From assembly GCF_033153115.1 (NCBI RefSeq), contig NW_026889758.1, positions 42,160,001-42,224,000 of the forward strand: a stretch of 64,000 nt of DNA, written 5' to 3'. Below the pieces are notes generated by a model that saw only the letters and a program-made list of their open reading frames with translations, ran no database searches and was not told the DNA's origin. How positions within the stretch are numbered: position 1 is the stretch's first letter; each line of letters starts with the position of its first letter. The DNA comes from Saccostrea echinata. Its lineage: Eukaryota. Below, piece after piece: positions 41,601-53,004 of the stretch. The translations under genes and the position numbers were made by a program.

Positions 41601-44600
41601 AATTTTTTCCCAGGATTTTTCAACTTAAATGAGAATGTCATATCAGTATCTTTTGTAGCACTGCCCACCTCCTTAATTATCTTGCTACTGCCCTGCAAAG
41701 AAAAAATATATACCTGGTACATTTTAGTATCTATGTATTATTACTAGGGATGGCAATTTCTAACCGGTTAACCGATTACTCGGTCGGAACGATGGCAATC
41801 GGTTAGATAAACTGTAATCGGTTAGTCGAAAAAATTTTTAATATGTGTAAAAATGAAGGCAATCTTCTTAAAATCCATTTTTAAAAAAGAAATTCCTTCT
41901 TAAACGTTGATAAGTTCGCGTTTTCATATATATATATTTATTTAGGCTGATTGGGGGGAAATTATGGCTCTCCAGATTAAAATTATGGGGTAATTGGTCA
42001 GTCCGAGATGTGTTAATTACTGTTCAAACATCGTTACCCCGACTGTCCTCTAATTCTTTAATGATACTAATCGCCGTTGGGCACCGTGAACTGGTGTGTG
42101 TATCTTTTGCAGTTATTTATCAAATTAAATTATTAAACAAACATTGTAAATTAAGAGATACAGTTTAATCTTAGTTTTGATTATGGTGACAATGAAGAAT
42201 GAACTTGTGTGACATCCGCTCTGGAAAATTATCTACGATATCTCAGGCATGTTTCATAGTTTTCTGATTTTTTTTCTTGTCTACTGTAATAAAAAATATA
42301 TGCTTGTACATGTAGTTTTCTGATCAAGAATGTTTTTGACCTCTAAGATGTTTTTTAATACTTCTTGTGCGTGGGAATAGAACTTCCTGAAAAAAGTCAA
42401 GAAAATGTATAGTTTGATACGATTAACCGGTTAATCGGTCAGAACGTTTTGCGGTTAACTGATTAGCAATTCTGTATTCGATTGCCATCCCTAATTATTA
42501 CACTGAAAAATTTAGACAAGAGGCCAATGGACCACAATGCTCATCTGAGTCACTTTGGCCTGCTGTTTTTCATCTCCAGTATCTTCTAAATTTCCATCTT
42601 TAATTTAACAAAATTTCACTGTTGAGTACTGTGAACTGAGTGCAATGTGCATCTATCTTTTGCAGTTATCTGTCAAATTATATTTTTAAACAAACATTGT
42701 AAATTAAGTAATAGTTCAGACTCTGTTTCTTTTTTATGATGACAATGCAACCATGGCCTTGTGTAACATCAGGTCTGAAAAATTATCAATATCTTTGATA
42801 TCTAAGGAATGTTTCATTGTTTTCTTGATTTTTTCTTGCCTTCAGAAATTGAAATAAAATATTATAATATAAAGAACACTTACCAAGCATAAACAGACTC
42901 TTACTAACATCTTTGTTAAGTTTTTTCTTAGGGTTTACGTGATAAAAAAAGGTCAGGAAAATGTGTATTTTGATACGATTAACTGGTCAGAATGTCTTGA
43001 ATTAACCGATTTCCAATTCTGCATTCAATTGCCATTGTATTTAGACATCTATTTTATAAAAAGAAGTTTTACTGAATGTTAAATGTTCGGTGAAAAGAGT
43101 TTTTCAATTTTCTATTTCAAATACAGTTGAACTTCTGTATCTCGAACACCGATATCTTGAATACAATGGATATGTCAAAATGATTAAGAACTCCCAACCA
43201 CTTATTTTATAGGTATTTTCCCCTTGATACATGTATCTCGAATCCTCAAATATCTCAAAGTTTTTTCTCAGTCCCATCGAGTTCAAGATAAGGAAGTTTG
43301 ACTGTTTGTTAGGAATAATAACCTTAGGGAACCTAGGGTCATCAACTTCCAGCTCTGGATGGAGAAAAAGAGTGACCGTTACATATGTAGCGATGACATA
43401 ATTTTGCGAGATGAGTCGAAGCTGCCGAGAAATTTCCAGGGGATTAAGCACATTTACAGTGCCTCCAGAAATATCTGCACATTTGCTAACTTTCTCCAAC
43501 CCAGTTCTCTCCCCTTCCACAGCAAGAATGGAAATAGTTATGTTCTTCTTTTTGGCATATTGCCCAGCCTTCAAAAGAGAAATGTACATTGATTCAAATA
43601 TGTCATACAGGAAACTTAATATTCTTTCTATCAACAGCAAATACATCTGTATATTTACTAATCAAGCAAAGACAAATTCATCAAAGCATCAACTCTGTGA
43701 TTTATCTTACCTCCACATAGAAATTTGGATCCCTGTTCAAATTGCCTATGCCTCCATTTGGTGCCCCATCAGTACATAAAATAATCTCAGATCCCACAGA
43801 ACCATTGACAATCCCCAAGGCAGCAGAAAGGGCAGGGCCGAGACTGGTACAACCCTTCGGTCTTAGCTTATTTACTTCAGTCACTATTTTCCTGAAAAGT
43901 GGACATAAATTTTAAGTAAATTTAAACAACTGATATAAAATGTATGTCCCTCTGTTATATAATCTTAACTTTCCATATAAATAAGTGTTAAAACATGAAG
44001 TTTCTGATTTTTTGATTTGCATGGGCATTGCCCTTAAAGTTACTGGTAATATGAAAGGGGTCTTGAGTTGCACAGTTTAATTATTTCAAATTTCTAAACA
44101 TTACACATTCAGTAGATACTGATCAACTCAATAAAGTGATCATACATTTTAATATATCTTTATACCTATAGAAATGGATGTCCCTAGTTTTTTTTTTTTC
44201 TAAACTACATGTCCTCAGTACATGTATTAATATATACATTTAAAAAAACACAGATAATTACTGGTAGGATTCTGTTAAAGGCTTGATCTGATGTTCTGTG
44301 GAATACTTTTCTCCGTAGTTCAGTAATGGCTCAAACTCATTATGGATGGTGGAAGGCACAGTTTGTATTGTGTTGTCTGAACAATCTCCATAGACCTCCA
44401 CCTTTGACTCAAATGTCAAGAAGATCACTCGCCGCTCTGGATTGTCCAGGTGCAGTCGCTCTAGCTGCCTGTATAAAATCATTATTATTGCTTTGATAAA
44501 AGAGGATATACTCATTTCTTTATCAAAAAATTATTGCTGAACCCTTTTTTCCATCATAAGTCTTTCTTCATTACCTTTTTCACAACAATTAAAGTAAAAG

Positions 44601-47600
44601 AGGAATAAAGAAACTACTAGATGCCTATTTACACTCTATCCATGCATTTGCTTATTTGCATCTGTGACACAAATATGTCACGTAAAGGTATCTATGTAAT
44701 GTAAATTTGACATACTGTATAGGGGATTAATTTCACGGGTTGTAATTTTCATGTTGTTCTCTCCTCGGACACGATCGCGGTTTGTTGAATTCGCGGAATC
44801 GGTATATAATAAAAGTAACCTCCTTTGTCTTTATCCGTGTAATCCATAGTATAGCTAGAACGACATTCATCAGCGTTATGTATTCACTTCACGAACAAGG
44901 TAGGTTTATATAAAATTATTAGATTTAGTAGTTAATTGATGATTAATCAAAACAAGTGCTGTTATTAAAATTTTTTGACTATAAACATCAAATGACTTTC
45001 CTATATGCTTTTACGATGAGTGCACATCTTTCCGAAGGTATAACATATTGCAGCGGGGAAAAAAAACACTGGACGCTAATAAATATATTGATGTAGGTAG
45101 ACATAATAATATCCTTTCATATCTTCAGCATATTCGATAGTTATCCGAATGATATTTTTTAAACCAAAATTTCCATAAAAACTAACACGCATAATGCTAA
45201 ATTGCAGGTAACAAATACACGTACGTGGTAACGTTACGCACGGGTAATCAAAACCCATGTCCCATGTGTTTTGATTGATGAAACATGCATCTATTAAAAC
45301 AGCTTTTAAACAATAAAAACAGGTCATTAGCTGCTTATTTGAATTAAAGTAAAGCGTGATAATTAAGATAATTGAATGACAACTACGCATACGTGTACTA
45401 CTCGTAATTACTGAAATAAATGATCACGTATCGTACGTATATATACCTATCGTAGTCTATTCTCAAATTTCCAAATAAAACATTGAGGTTTAATATTTAA
45501 AATTTATTCACTGTTTCTTGAATTCACGGATTTATTAACACAGTGAATATAGCAAATATTTACACCGCAAGTTATTTTCCCCCTATACAGTACATATACT
45601 TATTATGCTGGACATTGTAATTGTGCCTGCATCTATTGTGTTGAAAAGGCCACCTACTCCATTACCTTAGGAGTGCCTCTTGTATGGCCTGAAGTCGAGT
45701 AACACTGTTACTGCCAGAAGCATTCTCCCCGTCTCTCTGTCTCTTCCATTCAGCTTTAAAACAAGGTAAAAAAAAAAGTGTAGCTTAAATTGAATGGAAA
45801 CATACAACACTATAGTACTGTAAACCAACATTAATTTGCCCACTCAAAATCTAGCACTGTGACAGTCTTTCTCATGAACTGTGTAGCGTAACCATAAATT
45901 AGTGCATTTGGAGCCAAGCTTCTGTATACTGGTCCGTATTTATTTTAATCATATACGGTCAAACCTCGTTATCTTGAACTTGATGGGGCCAAGAAAAAAA
46001 ACTTCCCAGAAATCCAAGGGTTCAAGATATTGAAGGTAAAATACTTCAAAGATATGGTTAGGATTACCCAGTCACTTTGACATATCCATGGTATTCTTTG
46101 ATATCCATGTTCGATTCGAGATATTTGAGTTCAACTGTATTAGCATCTACTTAAGTTAGTTGAAAAGAAGAAACACAAAAGGCACTAAAATATGATAATA
46201 TTTCATTATTATACCACTAAGTAAGTTTACAGCATGTCAAGATGCCTGAATTATTATTTAAATCATAATAAACAATATGATTTATTTTTCTAGTTTTGTC
46301 TTTAGGAGCTAAAAATCGCACATTAACATAAGCACAAATTGATACATGTACATCTACAAGGTAAGTGCTTTCCTAAATTTCTTAGGTTGGTTATACAGTT
46401 GAACTTCAGTATCTCAAACTCCAATATCTCCAATATCATGGATATGTCAAAGTGATTTGGTTCCAACTGCTAATTGTTTAGGTATTTTACCCTCGATATC
46501 TCAAATCCTCAGATATATCAAAGTTTTTCCTTGGCCCCGTCAAGTTCGAGATGACAAGGTTTGACTGTACTTGTCTGATTAACTAGAAATATGTCCATAG
46601 GAAATGAAAACCCCACCCAGGGTTCATCAGTAATGCAACAAAAAAAGAAAAGTATCCTGATCACTTTTTTGTTTCAGATAAGGGTACATTATGATCAATA
46701 GTAAGGTCAAGGTCATGGGAAGCTTAAGGTCAGAAAATTATGACAAAGTTGAAAAGCTCTCACTTACCGATATATGTATCAAAATATGAAATTTGATTAA
46801 AATATCTTGATTAGCTTCTTTTAAATTGAGCTAAACGCAAACTGTGAAGGGTGGATATATGGAGGGAAAGAAGGATGGAAGGTGGAAAAGACCAAAGGAG
46901 GAAGACAGACATGACAAACACTGTATGGCCCAGCCATATTCATGGCAGGCATAAAAAATATACATTTAGTTCAGTTTATGACTCCACTGATTTAAATATG
47001 GGCTTTTTCAAGACAACCATAATGTATGATATAAATTTTGATTTTAAAATTATTTCAAAATATTTTACATTACAGAGTCTTTGAATTGTAAGGAGAGCTA
47101 GTTTAACGATTGAAATTAAAGACCTTTCCCTCTTATTCCATTTAAAATCATCAAAATATTACCTGCCAGTGAAAAATAATATGATTGTTAAACATTTGAA
47201 GGTTACCTTGTAATTCGGGAAGCTGTGTGACTCCCCCCATAGATCCACTGATATCCAGACAGTACACCACGTATCCACTTCCTGTTGTTGCTGGTTTTGT
47301 AGCCTCTGTCTTGTCAGTTTCTTTTTCTGTAGCAGCTTGCTCTTCTGGTGCAGAAAGGGCATAATCTATGGTGTCTGATTTAGGAATTTCTTCTTTTCTG
47401 ACCTCTGTGGAGACATTTTTATGTCCACAGAATTCACTGAAATGTTACAATGGTAAACCCAAAATGAAATAGCAATTCCCTCTCAGAGTAACAAAAGATG
47501 CACTGAAAACAGTTGTTCACAAATATTCATCTTAAAGAATAATTTCCAAATGTTTTACCCAAAATGAAATAGCAATTCCCTCTCAGAGTAACAAAAGATG

Positions 47601-50600
47601 CACTGAAAACAGTTGTTCACAAATATCCATCTTAAAGAATAATTTCCAAATGTTTTACCCAAAATGAAATAGCAATTCCCTCTCAGAGTAACAAAAAATG
47701 CACTAAAAACAGTTGTTCACAAATATTCATCTTAAAGAATAATTTCCAAATGTTTCATCTTATAAAATGAGGTTTCTATGTGGATTTTTTGGGGATTATT
47801 TCTGAATCTTTCTAATATTGTTTATGTGTTTGTGTATGTTAATTACATCAAATTGAGAATTTCAATGTAAAATGAAGCAGACATTTACAATTCATATTTC
47901 TTAATTTCTCATCGTACAATTTAAGAGATTGCAGATTTGAACAAAAGTTCCAAATCATTCATATTTTAGAATTCAGTGACTTTAGTATTACCAATTCCAC
48001 AACAGTTTGTCTCCATCTTGTTGTGTCTCAGAGATACAAGACAACACAACCTGACATCCATCGCAATACACCGGGTCACCCGTAGCAACATTGTCCATCT
48101 GATCAAGATCCTTCATGGACACCAGGATGACATTAGTGTCTGCTTTCTGACATTTTATGGTTTTCTTGGACTTGGTAGGTGATCGTATGGGTGGGGCTGA
48201 CTTCCGTCGACTTGGGGGCCCTCTCCTTGTGTCACCTCTCCTCTGCTGTACGGGTAAGTCTTCTGCTGTGGCTGACCTTGGTCGGGACAATCTACGGGAA
48301 AAGATTCCACTAATGGAGGAGATGAAACTTCGTACCCTGGACACTTGTTTTCTGGGTCTTCCTTGTTCTTCTAAAGTCAACATTTTAAAATTAAAGTCTA
48401 CAGTGCAAAGTTTTTCTTGGGGGGGGTGGGGTGTTTTGGTTTTTTTGGTTTTTTTGTTGTTGTTGAGAAAATAGGAAAATCAGCACAAAGTGTTACTTTA
48501 CCTCATAAATATTTCATTTATTCATGCTGCTGTGTACTTGGTAATTACATGTATTTTCAAGTGAAAAGAAAAAAAAAACTTTTGCAATTATTCATGCAGA
48601 GAGAAATGAAAGAGAAATTACAATGGCATCTTAAACTAATTTAATTCATCAGATTGAAAATACATGTAAATGGGAGAATTATCAAACGCTTATATCTTTA
48701 ACTTAATTATACACCTGTGTGTATTATTTATATTTCATAAATGAAATACCTTCCTCAGCTTTTCTTCGTTTTCCCTTCACTTTGACCATTTTACGATAAG
48801 AGTCTTCTATGGTTGGATCATAGTCCTCAACAAATTGGTCTGCTACAAATCTAAGTGTCAGTGAAGATTTTCCTACAGCACCAGCCCCGAGCATGACAAT
48901 CTGTGATAGACAATAAAAGTCATCTCTAATTTAGAGAGTGAAATAGCATACTTTTGAATTTGCCTGACAATATGCATTATTGTAAACCTTCTGAGATGTG
49001 AGAAAAAAGTTCTCTTACGTGGCTTTAAAATCTCATAATTAGGAAAACTGCATTGTGATTTTCAAAAATATTTTTCTTTTTATCTAGTATTTAAATCATT
49101 TTAGTTTACAAATATCATAACAGTGATTTTCTTTTAAGTAAATCAAATTGTCTTATTTAGCCAATCTGCTTAATATGCACAAGTTAAATATATATCTTCA
49201 TTTACTTTGTGTGTAGCTTTGTGTTCCGGAATTTCTAAAACCAGATTCTCAAATGCCTCCTGGACAAGGCTTCCTGTTTTTGCAGATGTTTCTGTAAAAG
49301 GAATACCCAAAGTATCTGCCAATTTCTTCCCCTCTTCAAATGATACCTCCCTCTGATGTTCAAGGTCACTTTTATTCCCACAAAGAATCTGTAAAATTAA
49401 ATCTTAAGCTTAGCATAATTTTCCTTTTTATTTTTTTTTTTATACATACATGTATATATAATCATAACCATGAACAAAACCTCTCTTAAGATTCTATAAA
49501 TACTTTTACTGGGCATAAAACACCACATCACATACTGATCAGTTTGCCCTTAACAATCACATTTACTTTATGCTTAATTAAAATTTGAAAAAAGAAGGTT
49601 TTTAAATAGGGATGTCAAATTGGTCATCTTTTGATCATCAGTTATTCGGACTATTTTCTGATCGAGAACCATGATTAAATGATGTTCATTAAAAAAAAAA
49701 ACTCCAAAAATAAAGGGCCACTATAAGTGAGAAAAGCTGTGTTCTAGTATATACACAGCCAAGGCCATGCAATAACATATAATTACTGGTGTAGGTAATG
49801 CTAATTACTGTATAGACATGGACATAAATTATTGACATTTTCTTAATAAGTTTTTGATAAATATATTTATACTTTGAAATATGAAAAATAAATGAGTACC
49901 AATTTTAGTATTCAATACTCAATTGCTATCTAATAGACCTATGAACTCTTTGTCTGCCATTTTTCAACCTACCGCAGGTGAATTTTCCATGCCTTTAATT
50001 TTCTGAACAAGACGATAAATGGCTGAAGCTTCATTGAAGGATGATCTGCTTGTAATGCTGTAGATAATCATAAAGCCGTCCCCTGATGTCATGTACATCT
50101 CTCTTGTAGAGGAGTACTCTTCTTGGCCTGCTGTGTCCAGAATATCCAAGCAACATGTCTGGAATCAAAGAATAAAAACCATGAGAACCATGTGTCCATG
50201 ATCTCCAAGCAATATATGTTAATCAAAGCATAGAAAGCATGAAATACATGAGTCTATGCATGATCTCCAAGCAATATGTGTTAATCAAAGCATAAAAAGC
50301 ATGAAATACATGAGTCTATGCATGATCTCCAAGCAATATGTGTTAATCAAAGCATAAAAAGCATGAAATACATGAGTCTATGCATGATCTCCAAGCAATA
50401 TGTGTTAATCAAAGGATAGAAAGCATGAAATACATGAGTCTATGCATGATCTCCAAGCAATATGTGTTAATCAAAGGATAGAAAGCATGAAATACATGAG
50501 TCTATGCATGATCTCCAAGCAATATGTGTTAATAAAAAAGCATAGAAAGCATGCAATACATGAGTCTATGCATGATCTCCATGCAATATGTGTTAATCAA

Positions 50601-52602
50601 AGGACAGAAAGCATGAAATACATGAGTCTATGCATGATCTCCAAGCAATATATGTTAATCAAAGGACAGAAAGCATGAAATACATGAGTCTATGCATGAT
50701 CTCCAAGCAATATATGTTAATCAAAGGACAGAAAGCATGAAATACATGAGTCTATGCATGATCTCCAAGCAATATGTGTTAATCAAAGCATAGAAAACAT
50801 GAAATTCATGAGTCTATGCATGATCTCCAAGCAATATGTTATTTTAATCAAAGCATAGATAGCATGAGACCCAGCTTAAAAAATGCTCCTTCACACCATG
50901 CTCACTAGCCCATTCCTCCTCCCCCCGAGATTTGTTTGAAGTTAAAAGTCATGAATACCAGAGTAAATTGATTCTGCGGTCTTTTTCTTCATTTTTTAAT
51001 ACTTTATTTACTGTAATAAACAATCTGTTACAACATTAAACAAATTTTAACATTTTTACAGACTGTGAATTTTGAGAGAGTTGGCATAATTTGTTTTCAC
51101 ATCTTTCATTTACATGAATAAAGATTGATTTTCTTCTTATTACAGATTTTAGCATAATAATAATTCCTCAGAGACCCACAGGTGATTATACCCTTCATTC
51201 CTCCCTAAATTAAGGTGAGAAGAATGAAGTTGAACTGTTTAGAGATCATGGGACCCAGGTTTGAATCCTGATCTGATTCTGTGGCTTAAGGCTGTATGCC
51301 TTCAAACCTGGGCCCCACGATCTTACCAACAATACTATCCGGCCACTGGTGATTGCATGAAGCTGCCTGTCCCCCTATTTTCCTCAAATGTATTTATACC
51401 CCTGCAATTAAGACACCAACCAAACCCTTGAGTTTCATCCCTAGCAGGTTTTGTACCTGTCACATCCATGAAATTACACATTAATATTAAATGTAACAGG
51501 GAGAAAATATATAGGACAGAATTGACCAGAATTCCAGCCTAGGCCTGCTGAACTCTAGACTTCTGAGATTTCTGACTGTAAGTGATCAAATTTGCCTAAT
51601 TTTATCTACATTATTTCTTAATATTTTGTTAGTATATGATTTAGAAAATAAAGCAGTGTGGCATAACATGTTTTAACTCCGGGCTTTTAATAGTTGGGTG
51701 TACATAAATTTACACCAAGCAAAATTTGTCTTACTTAAGCTACATAGGGAATAACAAATAGTATTTAAACTCTTCAGTAAAGGTATTTATAAACTCTTGA
51801 CTTTTTTTCTCTCAATAAGCTATATGCTTACATTTCAAAAGCTGTGAGCTGAAATGTGATCTCACTTGACTGAATTTTACCCGCAAAAGGTAAGCTATAT
51901 GTATGCAATCTCTGTACAATAAAAACCATAAATACCAGGCAATAAAAAAATTAAAATTCCGACGGATTTATGTATACTTCAAACTTCAAATAATCAATAT
52001 GTTAGATTTCAATCTAAAAATGAAAACCATAGGAAATTAAATGATAGTCTTAACCTATTGCAAACCATTAGAGAAATAAGTACATGCATATAAAATTGTT
52101 TTTCACATGTTTTCTATTGCAAACTGTACAGTAGCAAATCATGCATTTTTAGTATATGGAAAGTCATGAATAATCAAACCTAACTGCTTCAGTCTCTGTA
52201 CGTAAAGCAATTAAAGTGTAATGATAGAGAACAATTAAACCTTTAATGGATGTTTGACCTTATACCATGTCTGTACATAAATATAAAGCTCTGTTAAACC
52301 ATGCATATACAGCCAAACCTCATTATCTCGAACTCAATGGAACCGCAAAAAAACTTTGAGATATCCGAGGATTCGAGATATCCGGGGTAAAATACTTAAT
52401 AAGGGGTTGGGACATATTCATGGTATTTGATATATCGAAGTTCAACTGTATATTGAATTAATCATGCCATGAGTGTACAAACCTCTTCATCTCCATTTTG
52501 AGGATCAGCTTCTTCTTCCTTCTCCTCAAGATCATCTTCCTCAGGTATGTCCTCTTCCTCGTCTGTCCGACCAACGTACACAAGGTTTCCTCCAAACTCC
52601 AT
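35651..52602 (-). CDS. cpras1: Circularly permuted Ras protein 1-like (cpRAS domain + Sec23/24-type Zn finger + VWA + beta-sandwich/helical region), ~859 aa, 15 coding exons
   Basis: Exons 52602-52483, 50158-49973 (G3 DTAGQEEY), 49388-49206 (G4 NKSD, G5 ETSAK), 48900-48750 (G1 GAGAVGKS, G2 YDPTIEDSY), 48370-47992, 47436-47207 (CDGC...CEFC; YCLDISGSM), 45753-45666, 44468-44262, 43891-43711 (TSLGPAL, ILCTDG), 43568-43323, 41692-41576, 39593-39498 ([21 protein letters not shown]), 39089-38998, 36285-36159, 35827-35651. All junctions are GT-AG and phase-consistent with no internal stop. Confidence 0.9.
36640..38120. mobile_element. AAGGTCAAGGTCA-type satellite-carrying element in a cpRAS intron, interrupted by a LINE fragment
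   Basis: Several degenerate ~140-bp units (CACAGGTAATGCACATGT...GAAAGCCCTATCT) on both sides of 37490-37866. Related arrays at 39780-40570, 40700-41215, 46580-46935 and 20520-21000. Confidence 0.65.
37490..37866 (+). mobile_element. 5'-truncated RTE-clade non-LTR retrotransposon (3' end of ORF)
   Basis: [20 protein letters not shown], a frameshift, then [44 protein letters not shown]...WRNLVTALY, the typical RTE C-terminus. Confidence 0.88.
41745..42493. mobile_element. hAT-type MITE, complete
   Basis: TIR TAGGGATGGCAAT ... ATTGCCATCCCTA with perfect 8-bp TSD ATTATTAC (41737-41744 and 42494-42501); subterminal AACCGGTTAACCG repeats. An older partial copy follows at ~42610-43036. Confidence 0.9.
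43122..43306. mobile_element. Tc1/mariner-pogo-type MITE (TA-CAGT...ACTG-TA); family copies at 45954-46139, 46394-46569, 52308-52450
   Basis: Shared ~145-185-bp sequence with TACAGTTGAACTTC / GTTTGACTGT termini and internal ATATCTCGAA motifs, present in both orientations. Confidence 0.8.
44713..45592. mobile_element. Non-autonomous DNA transposon with TACTGTATAGGGG termini
   Basis: TACTGTATAGGGG at 44713 and CCCCTATACAGTA ending 45592; interior is CpG-rich relative to the host intron. Confidence 0.75.
47457..47756. repeat. 100-bp unit x3 tandem repeat in a cpRAS intron
   Basis: Units start at 47457, 47557 and 47657 and are nearly identical. Confidence 0.95.
50197..50866. repeat. 62-bp minisatellite (~10.5 units) abutting the acceptor of the cpRAS G3 exon
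   Basis: AATCAAAG recurs at 50221, 50283, 50345 and onward; unit CATGATCTCCAAGCAATATGTGTTAATCAAAGCATAGAAAGCATGAAATACATGAGTCTATG. Confidence 0.95.
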
Positions 52603-52837
52603 TACACTTAACACAATTTATTTTCTATAAGGAAATATTTACATTTTAATTTCTTTGTCCGAGATAAAACTACAAATAGTAAAAAATACTATATTTCTAC
52701 ATAAACTAAAAGCTACTGGTTCATCAATAGGCATGGTTAAAAAAACTGCGTGCAGTGTGGGACAGAGAGAGACAGAAGTATGGAAAGCGGGGATTGTACA
52801 TAGCATGTGAATTTACGAAATCAAGAGCATGTAAATA

Positions 52838-53004
52838 TAAGGAATAACTGTCTTTTTTTTGGTTTCAAGAGATCATGATCATGCGATTGGCTTGCATGAT
52901 AATTTTACACATAAACACCTTCGGTGTTTATGCAAATTATCATGCAAGCGCTAGCCCATTGTTTGATCACATCATGAAACCAAAAAATTAGACAATTATT
53001 CCTT
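52838..53004. mobile_element. Palindromic MITE-like element (AAGGAATAA...TTATTCCTT); second copy at 62149-62305; structurally similar palindrome at 54430-54595
   Basis: Long imperfect inverted arms around a central hairpin CATAAACACC-TTC-GGTGTTTATG (52910-52932). Confidence 0.7.

Noticed and set aside
43104-43322. C-terminal extension of ORF 43104-43646
   Set aside because: Read-through past the donor at 43323/43322 into a MITE; the spliced frame continues at 41692.
35651-48370. Calling the gene SEC23 or SEC24
   Set aside because: Similar domain order, but it is fused to a permuted Ras, has an intact DxSxS MIDAS and appears to lack the gelsolin-like C-terminal region.
43411-48474. Plus-strand ORFs 43359-43592, 43411-43779, 47976-48182, 48157-48474
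   Set aside because: Antisense shadows of cpRAS coding exons.
49964-50149. A separate conventional Ras gene or Ras pseudogene
   Set aside because: No G1/G2 exon was found upstream of the G3 exon; it lies downstream and splices in frame into the Zn-finger/VWA exons, and there is no CAAX end.
50197-50866. CRISPR-like appearance of regular repeats (also 1745-2465 and 47457-47756)
   Set aside because: Units are contiguous with no unique spacers, there are no cas genes, and the DNA is eukaryotic intron.
51230-51560. tRNA-like B-box motifs (GGTTTGAATCC)
   Set aside because: No cloverleaf can be built; at most a degenerate SINE-like fragment, too weak to annotate.
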